Shown in pieces: positions 20,404 through 30,859 of a DNA stretch of 64,000 nucleotides (position 1 is the first letter of the stretch; each line of letters starts with the position of its first letter). A program made the position numbers and the translations under genes. The DNA lies in the NCBI GenBank assembly GCA_963850115.1, contig CAWKKG010000033.1, positions 139,204-203,203 on the forward strand. Reading direction: 5' to 3'. The stretch comes from an uncultured Actinomycetota bacterium. Lineage in GTDB: Bacteria; Actinomycetota; Actinomycetes; Streptosporangiales; Streptosporangiaceae. A model generated the notes under the pieces. That model did no database searches, was not told the DNA's origin, and saw nothing but the letters and a program-made list of their open reading frames with translations.

Positions 20404-20649
20404 CGTGAGTGAATACGGGGGTGCAAGAGGTAACCCTTGAGATGGGCGCCCGTTCTCGGGAGGCGCTCCGCTTTCACCCTGAACACTGCCGGCCGGTGCG
20501 ACGCACCGTAGCGACGGCAGGGGCGTGGACGTTGACGCGGGTCAGGGCGACATGTTGCGGGGGAGCAACCATCGCACGCCTGGGTGCTTAACTGACCCAA
20601 GTAAACATGAGATAACGGCGACGCATGCCACGTTTCGGCGAAAACAATC

Positions 20650-20665
20650 CGTGACGTATATCACG
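20650..20665. promoter_or_regulatory. CRP-like site
   Basis: CGTGA-cgtata-TCACG matches GTGA-N6-TCAC in the divergent intergenic region. Confidence 0.6.
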
Positions 20666-21046
20666 TAGAGTAACCGAAACCTCTTCAGGCGGCCTCCCGC
20701 GCGCCCGCATGTCCGATGGCAGCGCGCTTTGCGGCCGTTCCGCGATTCACTCTTCGCGGTCTTCGCTTCCGGCCCCCGGCCGATTCACGGCCCCGGAAGT
20801 AACACGCTCCGCACAGGGAGCGTCACGACCAGCATCCTACGGGCTACGTTACGTATTCGCAAGTTCACCTTCCGACACCCACGTCGCCCGCGCCTACTTC
20901 GGCCTCCGTCAAAGTCTTCGCGCCGATTCCGGTCACCGCAGTGATACGCACGGTTAACGCGGGGTAAGAGAGCGACTGGCGCCTCCTGGCGCTTGGTGTC
21001 CAAGGAGTGACATACAGCGACGAAACTGGACTGGGTAGGGCGTTTC

Positions 21047-22596
21047 ATGCGTTTGGGGCACGCACGACCCGCGACGGTCACGCTGATGGCTGGCAGTGTC
21101 CTGCTGACCGGGTTTTCTGGGGTGAGCCTGGCCCTCGCGGCGAGTACCACGGTGGCGAGCGCCGCCACGACGTCGGGCGGCGAGTCGTGCGAGCCGCTGC
21201 CGCCGTCGGCCGCGCCGTCCAGCCCGTCGACGTCGGCTACGGCCGTGCCCACCACGCCGACCCCGGCCGCGTCCACGCCACCGCGACCCCGACGACCGCG
21301 GACCCGAGCACCACCTACCCAGGCCCGGCTACAACCAGCCCGGACCCCTCCACGACCAGCCCGGACCCGAGCACGACCTACCCGGGCCCGGCCACGACCA
21401 CGGCGACGGCCAGCGGCACCGCGAGCGCCTCCAGTTACCGCCGCCACCCACGCGGCGACTACGTCAGCCAAGGCGACGACGGCCAAGCCGCGACCCCCAC
21501 GCAGACCCGGGCCATCGTGAGGTCCTCCGCCAAGGCCACGCCGAAAGCCACCCGCACCCTCAAGGCCAAGCCCACCCCGACCGCGTCGGGAACCCCGACC
21601 GACACCAGTTCGCAAAGCGGCGCCAAGACCGTACCGCACGCCACTCAGGTCAGCCTCTGCGTCTCGGTCGCCGGCGCGCACTCAAGTACCGAGCGCGGGC
21701 ACGCGGCCCAGTGGACCGTGAGCGCCTGGACGACGGGCGGGAACGTGCCCGACGCCACCATCCGGCTGCAGGCGACGCCCGCGAGCGGCGGCGCGCCGGG
21801 CTTCAGCGGTGGCTGCGGCAACGGCGACGGAACGTCCGCGTGCGACCTCGGCCCGGTCGACGCCAACTCCGCCCCGCGGCAACTCCAGGCGCAGCTCACC
21901 GTCCCCGTCACCGCGACCACCGTCAAGTCGCTGAGCCTGACGGTCACCGGCAGCGCGGCTCACCTGACTAAGGACCCGCAGGCGTCGGCGACCATGTCCA
22001 TCACGGCGCCGCCGGCCTCGACCACGGCGCCGCCCAACCCCGCGACGCAGGCCTCGCCGACACAAGCCCCGGCAACGCAAGCCCCCGCAACAGCGGCCCC
22101 CGCGCCACCGAACCCCGCCGCCCAGGACCTCGCCGCCCAGGACCCCGGGGCACAGAGCCTCGCCAACGAACCAGCGCCAGTGACGGTCACCTCGCCGCTC
22201 CCGGTCGGCAGCCTGCCCGGCATCCCGGCGGTTAGCCCGACCGTGAGCCCCGGCGGCAACGCCGCCAGCCTGTTCCCGAAGCTTAACCCGACGCCCAGTA
22301 AGGACCGGTCGCAGTCCAGTAAGAAGGCGCACACCCGCCCGGTCGCGGACACCTCCGCGCTTCCGGAGGGCGACGCGGTCATCAACGCCCAGCTGGCCGG
22401 CCTCGCCGCGCTGGCCGTCGCCTTCGTCCTCGCGGTCACCCGGCTGACCATCCGCCGACGGCCCACGCCGGCTAAGGCAACCACGGGGACCGGGGAAACG
22501 CCGCCTCCCAAGCAACCGGAGGCGACCGCGAACAAGCCCGAGGTCGCAGACAACCAGGCCGCAGGCGACCAGCAGGACCAGAAGCCCGGCGCGTAA
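21047..22596 (+). CDS. Pro/Thr-rich surface protein with C-terminal membrane anchor (frameshifted)
   Basis: Signal peptide in ORF 21047, central Cys-containing beta-rich domain, TM followed by RRR. Confidence 0.7.
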
Positions 22597-22606
22597 CCAG
22601 CCCGGG

Positions 22607-24567
22607 CTAGTTCGCCAACAGCTCCAGGCTGGGCCGGACGGAGACCATGGTGCTCGCGAGCTTGGCGGTCGTCATCGTCGGCGATACCACGGTGCCGAAG
22701 GTGTCGTTGTCGAACCACACGCACATCGACGCGCTTTGCCCGTTCAGATGCGTCTCGGTGCACGCCGCGTCGCCGCCGAGCGTTCCCGCCGACACGGCCG
22801 TCGCGCCCGTATAGGTTTGCTCGAAGTTGGCGACGGACGAACTCGGATCGGCCCCGGCCAGCTTGCCGCCGACGAACATGAACATCTGCGTGTTCGCGGC
22901 TTGCGCCGTCGCCGAGATGCTGCCCATCTGGTAAACGCCGTACACCACGTCGCTGGCCTGTCCGCCGCTGGCCTTCGCTACCTTCTGCGCCTCGGCGGCC
23001 ACGTCAAGCTGCTTCTCCAGGTTCGCGGACCGGGTGAAGCCGTCGACCGACTGCGGCGCCACGACCTGGTGGGCCGGGCCGCTCGGGCCGGCGAACACGT
23101 ACTTCATCAGCACGCCGCCGATCGCGCCCGCCGCGACGACCGCGATGGCGCCGAGCGCCATCCACTGCCGCCGGTCTCCGCTGCGCCCGCGCCGCTTGCC
23201 GACCGCGCGCCTGGCGGCGGTGTCGTCGTCCTGCAGTGGCCGGTCGAGCGACCGGTCGTCGGGCCGCTCAAGCGTCCGGGTGAACGCGGCGGGCACCGGC
23301 TCGTCGGTCAGGTCAAGGTCGGCGAAGTGGTCGAACGAGGTGTCCTCGGCCCAGCCCCGCGGCCGGGCGGCCGGCGGCGCGGTCATGAGCGCGCCGGAGG
23401 TCCGCAGGCCCCTGGCCGGGGTGAGCGCGCGCAGGTTGTCCATCCGGGTCTCGTCAAACCGGGGGACGTCGAACCTGGTGTTGTCGCCCGGCTCGACCAG
23501 CGCCTTCATGTCGTAGCGGGTCTCCGCCGAGCGACCGCGGCCGCCGCGGCCGCCGCTGTCGAAAGCATCAAAGCTAGAAGGAGATTCCGAACGACCGCGG
23601 CTGTCTCCGAACCCGTCATTCCCGTAACCGCCGGGCCCGGCCTCGCGGCGGACATCCTCGCCGGCCCGCCACAGGCTGTCGAGCCGCGTGTCATCAAACC
23701 GGGGGGTGTCGAAGCGGGTCTCGTCGAACCGCTGCCCGGGCTGCGGGCGGCGCTGCGGGTCGTCGTAGCGCGGGTCGTCGTAGGCGAGGCGCCCGTAGCT
23801 TGGCTCGTCGTAGCCGACGGCCTCGAAGTCGCTGGTGCCGATGATGCCCGACAGGTCGTAGCCGGGGCCGTTGATGCCCGGCATCGAGTAGTCGGAGCCG
23901 TTGTAGGCGGTGGGGTCATAGGCGGCCGGCTGGTAGCGCTCGGCCCCGTCGTTCCGCTGGCGCCGTAGCCGCCGGCGTCACCGTAGTCGCCCACCTGCAT
24001 GTAGGCGTCGCGCGCCGGGTAGGCGTCGTCTTCGCCGTCGTAGCGCAGCGGCTGGTCGTAGTCCCACGGCTGCTTATAGAGGTCCGCCCCGTGGGGCGCC
24101 TCCGGGGCCGCCGGGTAGGCCATCTCGATCTCGCCGGAGGCGTAGCTCGATCCCGCGTACCCCTGCTGGTGCTGACTCTGCATCCGCGGGGAGGACTCGA
24201 AATAGCCGTTCTGCGCGTAGCCCGTCTCCGGGTAAGCCGCGTGAGTCTGCCCGGACTCCACGAAACCGCGTACCGTCCGCGTGCCCGCGATCCCCGCGTC
24301 CTGCGCGGACGGACCCTGGTAACCAGGGTCGGTGTAACCGTCGTCGCCGTACCCCGAGCCGCCGAACGCCGCGTACGGGTGCGATCCCTGCTGAACGGCC
24401 GCGGGCAACTGCTCGCCCCGCGTGGCCGGGTACCCGTAGCCGCCGCTCGGTTGCTCAAGCGCGGCGAACCCCGTCGGCCACGAGACCTCCGGCCCGAACG
24501 GCACGTGCCCCTGGCTGGCCGGCGATATGCCCCGGCCATCCTCGGAATTCGGCCATCCGTTCCTCAT
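22607..24567 (-). CDS. Membrane protein with long Tyr/Asp/Gly-rich disordered N-terminus (frameshift near 23950)
   Basis: ORFs 23506..24567 and 22607..23884 join; one TM, then an external domain ending GGDAAC..MCVWFDNDTFG. Confidence 0.7.
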
Positions 24568-24792
24568 GTGGCGGTCACCTCGTGTTGTCGGTGGTACCTG
24601 TGCGGTTCGGCAAAGTCACAACATCATCTCGGCAAATGCCCATCTTCGCTACCTGATCGGGCATATCAGCTCGCCGCACGCCGGAAATATGTTGGCGAAA
24701 CATCCCATTACCGGACATTCCTCCGCCGAGTTGCGGCCTGTCCGCGACCCAACGTAGCGCTCTGGCGGCATCGATGCCCGGAACTCGGCCGG

Positions 24793-26449
24793 CTAGCCGA
24801 TGTCGCGGTGGCGGAGCGCGGCCAGCCCGGTCGCGCCCAGCGCCAGCGCGATCACGCTGAGCCAGGCCAGCGGGGCGGCGCTGACCGGGCCGCCGGGCAG
24901 CCTGGGAGCGTGCGTGAACGGCGAGATGTCCAGCACCCAGTGCGAGAGCTGGAGCACCTGGCCGAAGATGTTCAGCAGCACCGCGAGCCCGACCGCCGTC
25001 CAGGCGACCGCCACGCACCCGTCCGGCACCGCGCCGAAGGCGAGCGCGGCGAGGCCGATGATCACCGCCGCCGCGGGGAGCTGGGCCAGGCCCGCGCCGA
25101 GCATCCTGGCGGTCTCGCCGCCGGCGCCGCCCACGGCCAGGCCGTAGCCGAGTCCGGTGGCGATGCCCGCGACCGCCAGCAGGACGGCCGCCCCCGCGAA
25201 GGCGACCACGAGGTGGCTCAGCCCCCACCGGGCGCGCCCGACCGAGCCGGCGAGAACCGGGTCGGCGCGGCCCGCCGTCTCCTCGGCGCGCAGCCGGAGC
25301 ACCGCGGACACGCCGTAGGCGGCGGCGACCAGGCCGCCGAGCAGCATCAGCGCGGCCAGGTACGCGTTGACGATCTCAGCCTGGCCGCCGAGCCGGGTGA
25401 ATTCCTGGTCGAGCGCCCCGCTGGTGCCGACGAGCTGGCCGATGCCCTTGGCGGCGGCACCGCAGACCGCGAACAAGACCGCGTACCCGGCCGCCCAGCC
25501 CGCCAGCGCGGGCCACTGCAGCCGGACCGCGAGCGCGAACGGGCCGCGCAGCGCGCCGGACGCGGCGGGACGGCCCGGCCGGTCGGGGAACAGGCCCGCC
25601 CCGTGATCGCGGCCGGCGGCCAGCGCGAACGACAGCCACGCGCCCGCCCCGAACAGCGCGAGCGGCAGCGCGAGCACCCACCAGCGCTCCCCGGCGAACG
25701 GCCGCAGCGTCTCGGTCCAGCCGAGCGGCAGCACCCAGGTGAGCCAGCTTGGCCCGCCCGCCCCGGCCGAGTCGCCGACCGCCCGGGCCAGGAACGCGAC
25801 GCCGAGCACGCCGATGGCCAGCCGCGGGCGGACGCGGGCGCCCGCGGTGAGCTGCGCCGCCACCGCGCTCACGGCCGGCGAACGCGAGCCCGCAGGTGCC
25901 GATGGCGAGCGCGAGCGCGACCGACCCGGCGGCGGGGAGGCCGAGCAGTGGCAGCACGATGCACGAGCAAGACCGTGAGCACCACGTTGGCCAGCGCCGC
26001 GACGCGCGATCGCCGCCGCGAGCGGCGCCTGGCGGCCGACCCGGGCCGATCCGATCAGCTCAAGCCGCCCGGTCTCCTCATCCCCGCGGGTGTGCCTGAT
26101 CACGAGGAAGACCGACATGAGCGCCGCGAACAGCGCGCCCCACACGCCGTAGCGCCAGGCGGTCAGCGCGCCGACCGAGTCACCGTTCAGCCGCCCGTAG
26201 AGGAACAGCAGCGCGGGGTTGCTCTCCCCCGACGCGACGAGCGCGGCCCGCGACGACTCCGTCTTATAGAGCTTCGCGAACGTGTACGCGTTCGCCGCGA
26301 CGCCCGACCACAACCACGTACACCCAGGCCGGCAGCATGATCCGGTCGCGGCGGAGCGCCAGCTTGGCGAGGGGGCCCGTGCCGGTCAGCGGGCCGCCGC
26401 GGAAGACGGCAGGGACCTTGGGCGCCCGCACGGCGGTGGCAGTAGTCAT
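24793..26449 (-). CDS. ABC-2 type exporter permease (frameshifted)
   Basis: [54 protein letters not shown]. Confidence 0.85.
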
Positions 26450-27384
26450 GGTGCCTGAGTCACCCGATTCCGTTCGGAATCATGGTCTTGACTGGCGTAC
26501 TGCCGGAGGAACAGCTCCTCCAGAGTCGGCGGGCGGCAGGTGAGCGTGCGCACCCCGGCGGCCGTCAGGCGGCGCAGGACCTCGTTGAGCGTGGTGTTGT
26601 CCACCTCGCAGCGCAGCCGCGGGCCTTCCAGGTTGACGTCGTGCAGGCCGGGGACGCCGTCCAGCGCGACCGGCCCGTCCAGCTCCGCGTCCACCGTGGT
26701 GCGGGTGAGGTGCCGCAGCTCGGCGAGCGTGCCGGTTTCGACCGTCCGGCCCGCCCGGATGATCGTCACCCGGTCGGCCAGCGCCTCGGCCTCGGCGAGG
26801 ATGTGGCTGGAGAGCAGCACCGTCCGGCCGCCGCGGCGCTCCGCGCTCACGCAGTCGCGGAAGGCCGCCTCCATCAGCGGGTCGAGTCCCGACGTCGGCT
26901 CGTCGAGCACGAGCAGCTCGGCGTCGCTGGCGAGCGCGGCGATCAGCGCCACCTTCTGCCGGTTGCCCTTGGAGTAGGCGCGCGCCTTCTTGGACGGGTC
27001 GAGGTCGAACCGCTCGATCAGTTCCTGACGGCGCTCGCGCTCGCCCGGCCGGGCGGCGGGGCGGTCGTCGCGCAGCCGGGCGAGCAGGTCGATGATCTCG
27101 CCGCCGGTGAGGCTGGGCCACAGCGTGACGTCGCCGGGCACGTACGCGAGCCTGCGGTGCAGGGTGGTCGCGTCCCGCCAGGGGTCGCCGCCGAGCAGGG
27201 TGACGTCGCCGCCGTCCTTGCGGAGCAGGCCGAGCAGGATGCGGATCGTGGTGGTCTTGCCCGCGCCGTTCGGGCCGAGGAAGGCGTGCACCTCGCCGGC
27301 GGCGACCGTCAGGTCGAGGCCGTCGAGCGCCGTCGCCTTGCCGAAGCGCTTGCGCAGCCCGCGCGCCTCGATAGCGTTAGCCAT
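26446..27384 (-). CDS. ABC exporter ATP-binding protein
   Basis: [34 protein letters not shown]. Confidence 0.93.
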   Translation of the reverse strand: MANAIEARGLRKRFGKATALDGLDLTVAAGEVHAFLGPNGAGKTTTIRILLGLLRKDGGDVTLLGGDPWRDATTLHRRLAYVPGDVTLWPSLTGGEIIDLLARLRDDRPAARPGERERRQELIERFDLDPSKKARAYSKGNRQKVALIAALASDAELLVLDEPTSGLDPLMEAAFRDCVSAERRGGRTVLLSSHILAEAEALADRVTIIRAGRTVETGTLAELRHLTRTTVDAELDGPVALDGVPGLHDVNLEGPRLRCEVDNTTLNEVLRRLTAAGVRTLTCRPPTLEELFLRQYASQDHDSERNRVTQAP

Positions 27385-27399
27385 GCCTTGAGGCTAGGC

Positions 27400-27480
27400 C
27401 ACGCGGGTTTCATCGAGTTCCTGACCGCCGAGATGCCCGCCGTGATGGCCCGGTGGGACGCGCTGAGCAAGGACGACTAG
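27400..27480 (+). pseudogene. C-terminal remnant of a GbsR/MarR-type regulator
   Basis: Reads GFIEFLTAEMPAVMARWDALSKDD*, starting only about 15 bp from the divergent ATPase start; family call from recalled similarity. Confidence 0.5.
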
Positions 27481-27567
27481 CCAGCCGGGTGTGCTCCTGC
27501 GATTGTGCACGGTGGAAAAGATTCATTTGTTACCAAGCAGAATTGCCAGTTTTTGTGTTGGTAAGGA

Positions 27568-30500
27568 ATGCTTTCGTTCGTGTTCGCTCCGCGGGGTCCC
27601 CTGGCAGTGCGCCGGCTGGCCGCGCACTGGGTGGTCATCGCCGCCGCGGCGCTCACGACGCTCGTCGCGGCGGCCGTCGGTTCCGCGCTCGCGGTGTTCG
27701 CCGGCCAGGCCCTGCCTCAGGCGGTGCGGCATGACCTGGTGGTCGCGCCAGGCAACTCGCTGGCGGCAGCCGGCCCGTTCGGCACCGGCGACGCGCGGTC
27801 GACGACGGCCGCGCTCAGGTCGGCGATCGCCGGCGCGCTGCCCGCCGTGCCGTTCGACTTCTGGGCGGGCACCTGGTCCGACCCGCTCGGCTTCGTCCCC
27901 GGGGCGCTGCCCGCGCGGCCGGCGAGCGTGCACGCCGGCACCACGCCGCTGCTCGAGGCGGCGGCACTCGACGACATAGCGAGCCACGCGGTCCTGGTGG
28001 CCGGCGCGTGGCCGGCGGCCTCGTCGGCGGCCTCGTCGGCAGAGCGCGGCGCGGTCCCGGCCGCGCTGCCCGCCACCAGCGCCGCGCTGCTGCACCTGCG
28101 CGTGGGCGACGTGCTGCGGGTGCAGGACCGCAACTCGAGCGCGCGGGTGACCTTCGCGATCACCGGCCTGTACGCGCAGCGGCAGCTGTCGGGCACCGAG
28201 GCGGCGTACTGGCAGCTGGACTCGCTGCCCGCCAGCGGGTCGAGTACCGCGAGCGGGTTCATCACCTACGGGCCGCTGGTCGTGCCGTCCACGGCGTTCT
28301 CCGGCGGGCTGGCGGCGGCGACCGGGACCTGGGTCGCCGAGCCGGACATGACGTCCGTCACCGACGCCGAGCTCTCGTCGACCTCCGCCGCCATCGGGGC
28401 GCTGGAGACCTCGATGAACAACTCGAACTCGCTCAGCGGCATGCAGCTGACCTCCAACCTGCCCCGGCTGCTGGCCGACGTCGGCAGCAACCTCGCCCTC
28501 GCGCGGTCACTGCTGGCGATCAGCGGGCTGCAACTGCTCGTCCTCGCGGTCGCCGCGCTGCTCGCGGTCGCCCGGCTGCTGGCCGCCCAGCGCGAGGGCG
28601 AGACCGCGCTGCTCCTCGCCCGCGGCGCCACCCGCTGGCAGCTCACCCGGCTGACGGCGGCGGAGGTCGTCCCGCTGTCGGTGGTGACCGCGCTGGCCGG
28701 CGGCGTGGCCGGGATCTGGCTGGCCCGCTGGCTCGGCGGCTCGCTCTACGGCCAGGCCGCCGGCGGCGGCGCGCTGGCGAACGGCGGCATCGCGCTGACG
28801 TCCGGTGGCACCTGGACCGACGCGCTCGCGGCCACGGTGGTGATCGTCGTGCTGGCGGTCGGCGCGCTGCTTTACCCGGTGCTGCGGCCGGCGGCCGGCG
28901 CCACCCGGGTCAGGCGCGGCCGCCAGGCCGCGCTCGCCGCCGCCACCCGGGCGGGCGCCGACCTGGCCCTGATCGCCCTCGCGGTGCTGGCCGGCTGGCA
29001 ACTGCGCCGCTATTCGGCCGTCGCCACGTCCGCGACCGGCGCGCCCGCGGCGATCGACCCCGTTCTCGCGCTCGCCCCCGCGCTGGCGCTGGCCGGCGGC
29101 ACGGTCCTCACGCTGCGGCTGCTGCCCGCGGCCGCCCGGGCCGCCGACCGGCTGGCGGCGGGCGGCCGCAGGCTCACCGCGGCGATGGCCGGCTGGCAGT
29201 TCAGCCGCCAGCCGCTGCGCCAGGGCGGCGCCGCCCTGCTGATCGTCATGGCGGTCGCCACCGGCACGCTGGCGCTCGCCCAGCACCAGAGCTGGACCAG
29301 GTCCACCGCCGACCAGGCGGCGTTCACGGCCGGCGCCGACGTGCGGGCGGACCTGCCGGCCGCGCTGCCGCCCGCCGGCACCACCGCGGCTCACCCGCGC
29401 CGGCGGCGTCTCCGCCGCCATGCCGGCCGTGGACGACCTGGAGACGCTGCCCGCCCCGGTCCTCGCCGTCAATTCGGCCACGGCGGCCGACGTGGTCCAG
29501 CTGCGCGGCGACGAGTCGCCGGTGCCAGCGATGAGGCTGTTCAAGGTCATCGCCCCCGCCGCCGCGGCGGGCGGAACCGCCCTGCCAGGGGACCCGACGG
29601 ACATCCGGCTGACCGCCACGCTCAGCCGTTCGACGGTCGGCGCCGCCTCCCTGGTGCTCACGGTCACCGACGCGACCGGCGGGGCCTTCCAGCTTCCCGT
29701 GCCGGGCACCCTGCCCGCCGACGGACGGCCGCACCAGCTCATCGCGCCCCTCGGCGGCCGCGGTTTCGCCTACCCGCTGCGGATCGCCCAGGTCACCGCC
29801 ACGTACGCGCTGCCTCAGCGCCCGTACCCGCACCTCGTGACGCTGACGATCGCGGGGGCCTCGTTCACCGGCTGGGGCGTCGGCGTCGCCGCACCGGAGC
29901 TCGGCTCCCAGGGCATCCAGTCCGGCCCGTTCGCCAATCCGCTGCTGGCCGGCCTGCAGGCCGGCGCCGAGGGGGCGACCGTGTCGTTCAACTCGGGCTT
30001 CGGGTCCGCCACGTCGATGAACGACCTGGGGCAGAACGAGATCTCGGCGGTGGACGGACAGGTCACGCTGACCGCGGGACACCTGGCCCCGACCGCCCCG
30101 CCGGCCATCGCGACGCAGGCGTTCGATGACGCCAACCACACCGGCCCGGGGCAGACCGTGTCGGTCACGGTCAACGGCATCACGATCCCGGTACGGATCG
30201 TCGCGCAGGTTTACAGCTTCCCCACGGTCGCCGGCGCGGGCCTGGTCATGGACCTGACCACGCTCCAGTCGGTGCTGGTCGCCAAGGGCAGCGCCCCGCT
30301 CGCCGTCACGCAGTGGTGGCTGGCGACGGCCGGCCACGCCGTGCCCGCGGCCCTGGCCGCGGCGCTGCCGGCCGGCTCGGACGTGACGAGCGCGGCCGCG
30401 GTGCAGGCCGCCACGGCGAGCGACCCGCTCTCCGCCGCCCCGCAGCAGGCGCTGCTCGCCGTGGCCGCCGCGGCGGCGCTGCTCGCGATCACCGGCTTCC

Positions 30501-30859
30501 TCGTGTCGATCGCCGCCAACGTGCGCCAGCGGCGGACGGAGAACGCGCTGCTCGCCGCCCTCGGCGTGGCCCAGCGGTCGGCGGCGGCGCAGCTCTTCCT
30601 CGAGAAGGTGCTGCTCTCCGTGCCGGCCGCCGCGCTCGGGCTGGTGCTCGGCACCCTGGTCGCCCGGCTGCTCGTCCCCGCCGTCACGCTGACCACCACC
30701 GCGCAGGCCCCCGTGCCGCCGGCCGTCACGCTCCTTGACCTTCCGCAGACGGTGCCGCTCGCGGTCGCCGTCGCCGTGCTTCCTGCCCTCGCGGCCGCCC
30801 TTGTCGTCTTCCGCCGCCCGGACCCGGCGGCCGAGCTGCGCGCGGCGGAGGCGGCATGA
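27568..30859 (+). CDS. Large FtsX-like ABC permease (frameshift near 29390)
   Basis: REGETALLLARGA, DQAAFTAGADVR, RRTENALLAALG. Confidence 0.85.

Noticed and set aside
24091-26340. 749-aa plus-strand ORF and similar long Arg/Gly/Pro-rich ORFs elsewhere
   Set aside because: Shadow ORFs antisense to real genes, expected in high-GC DNA
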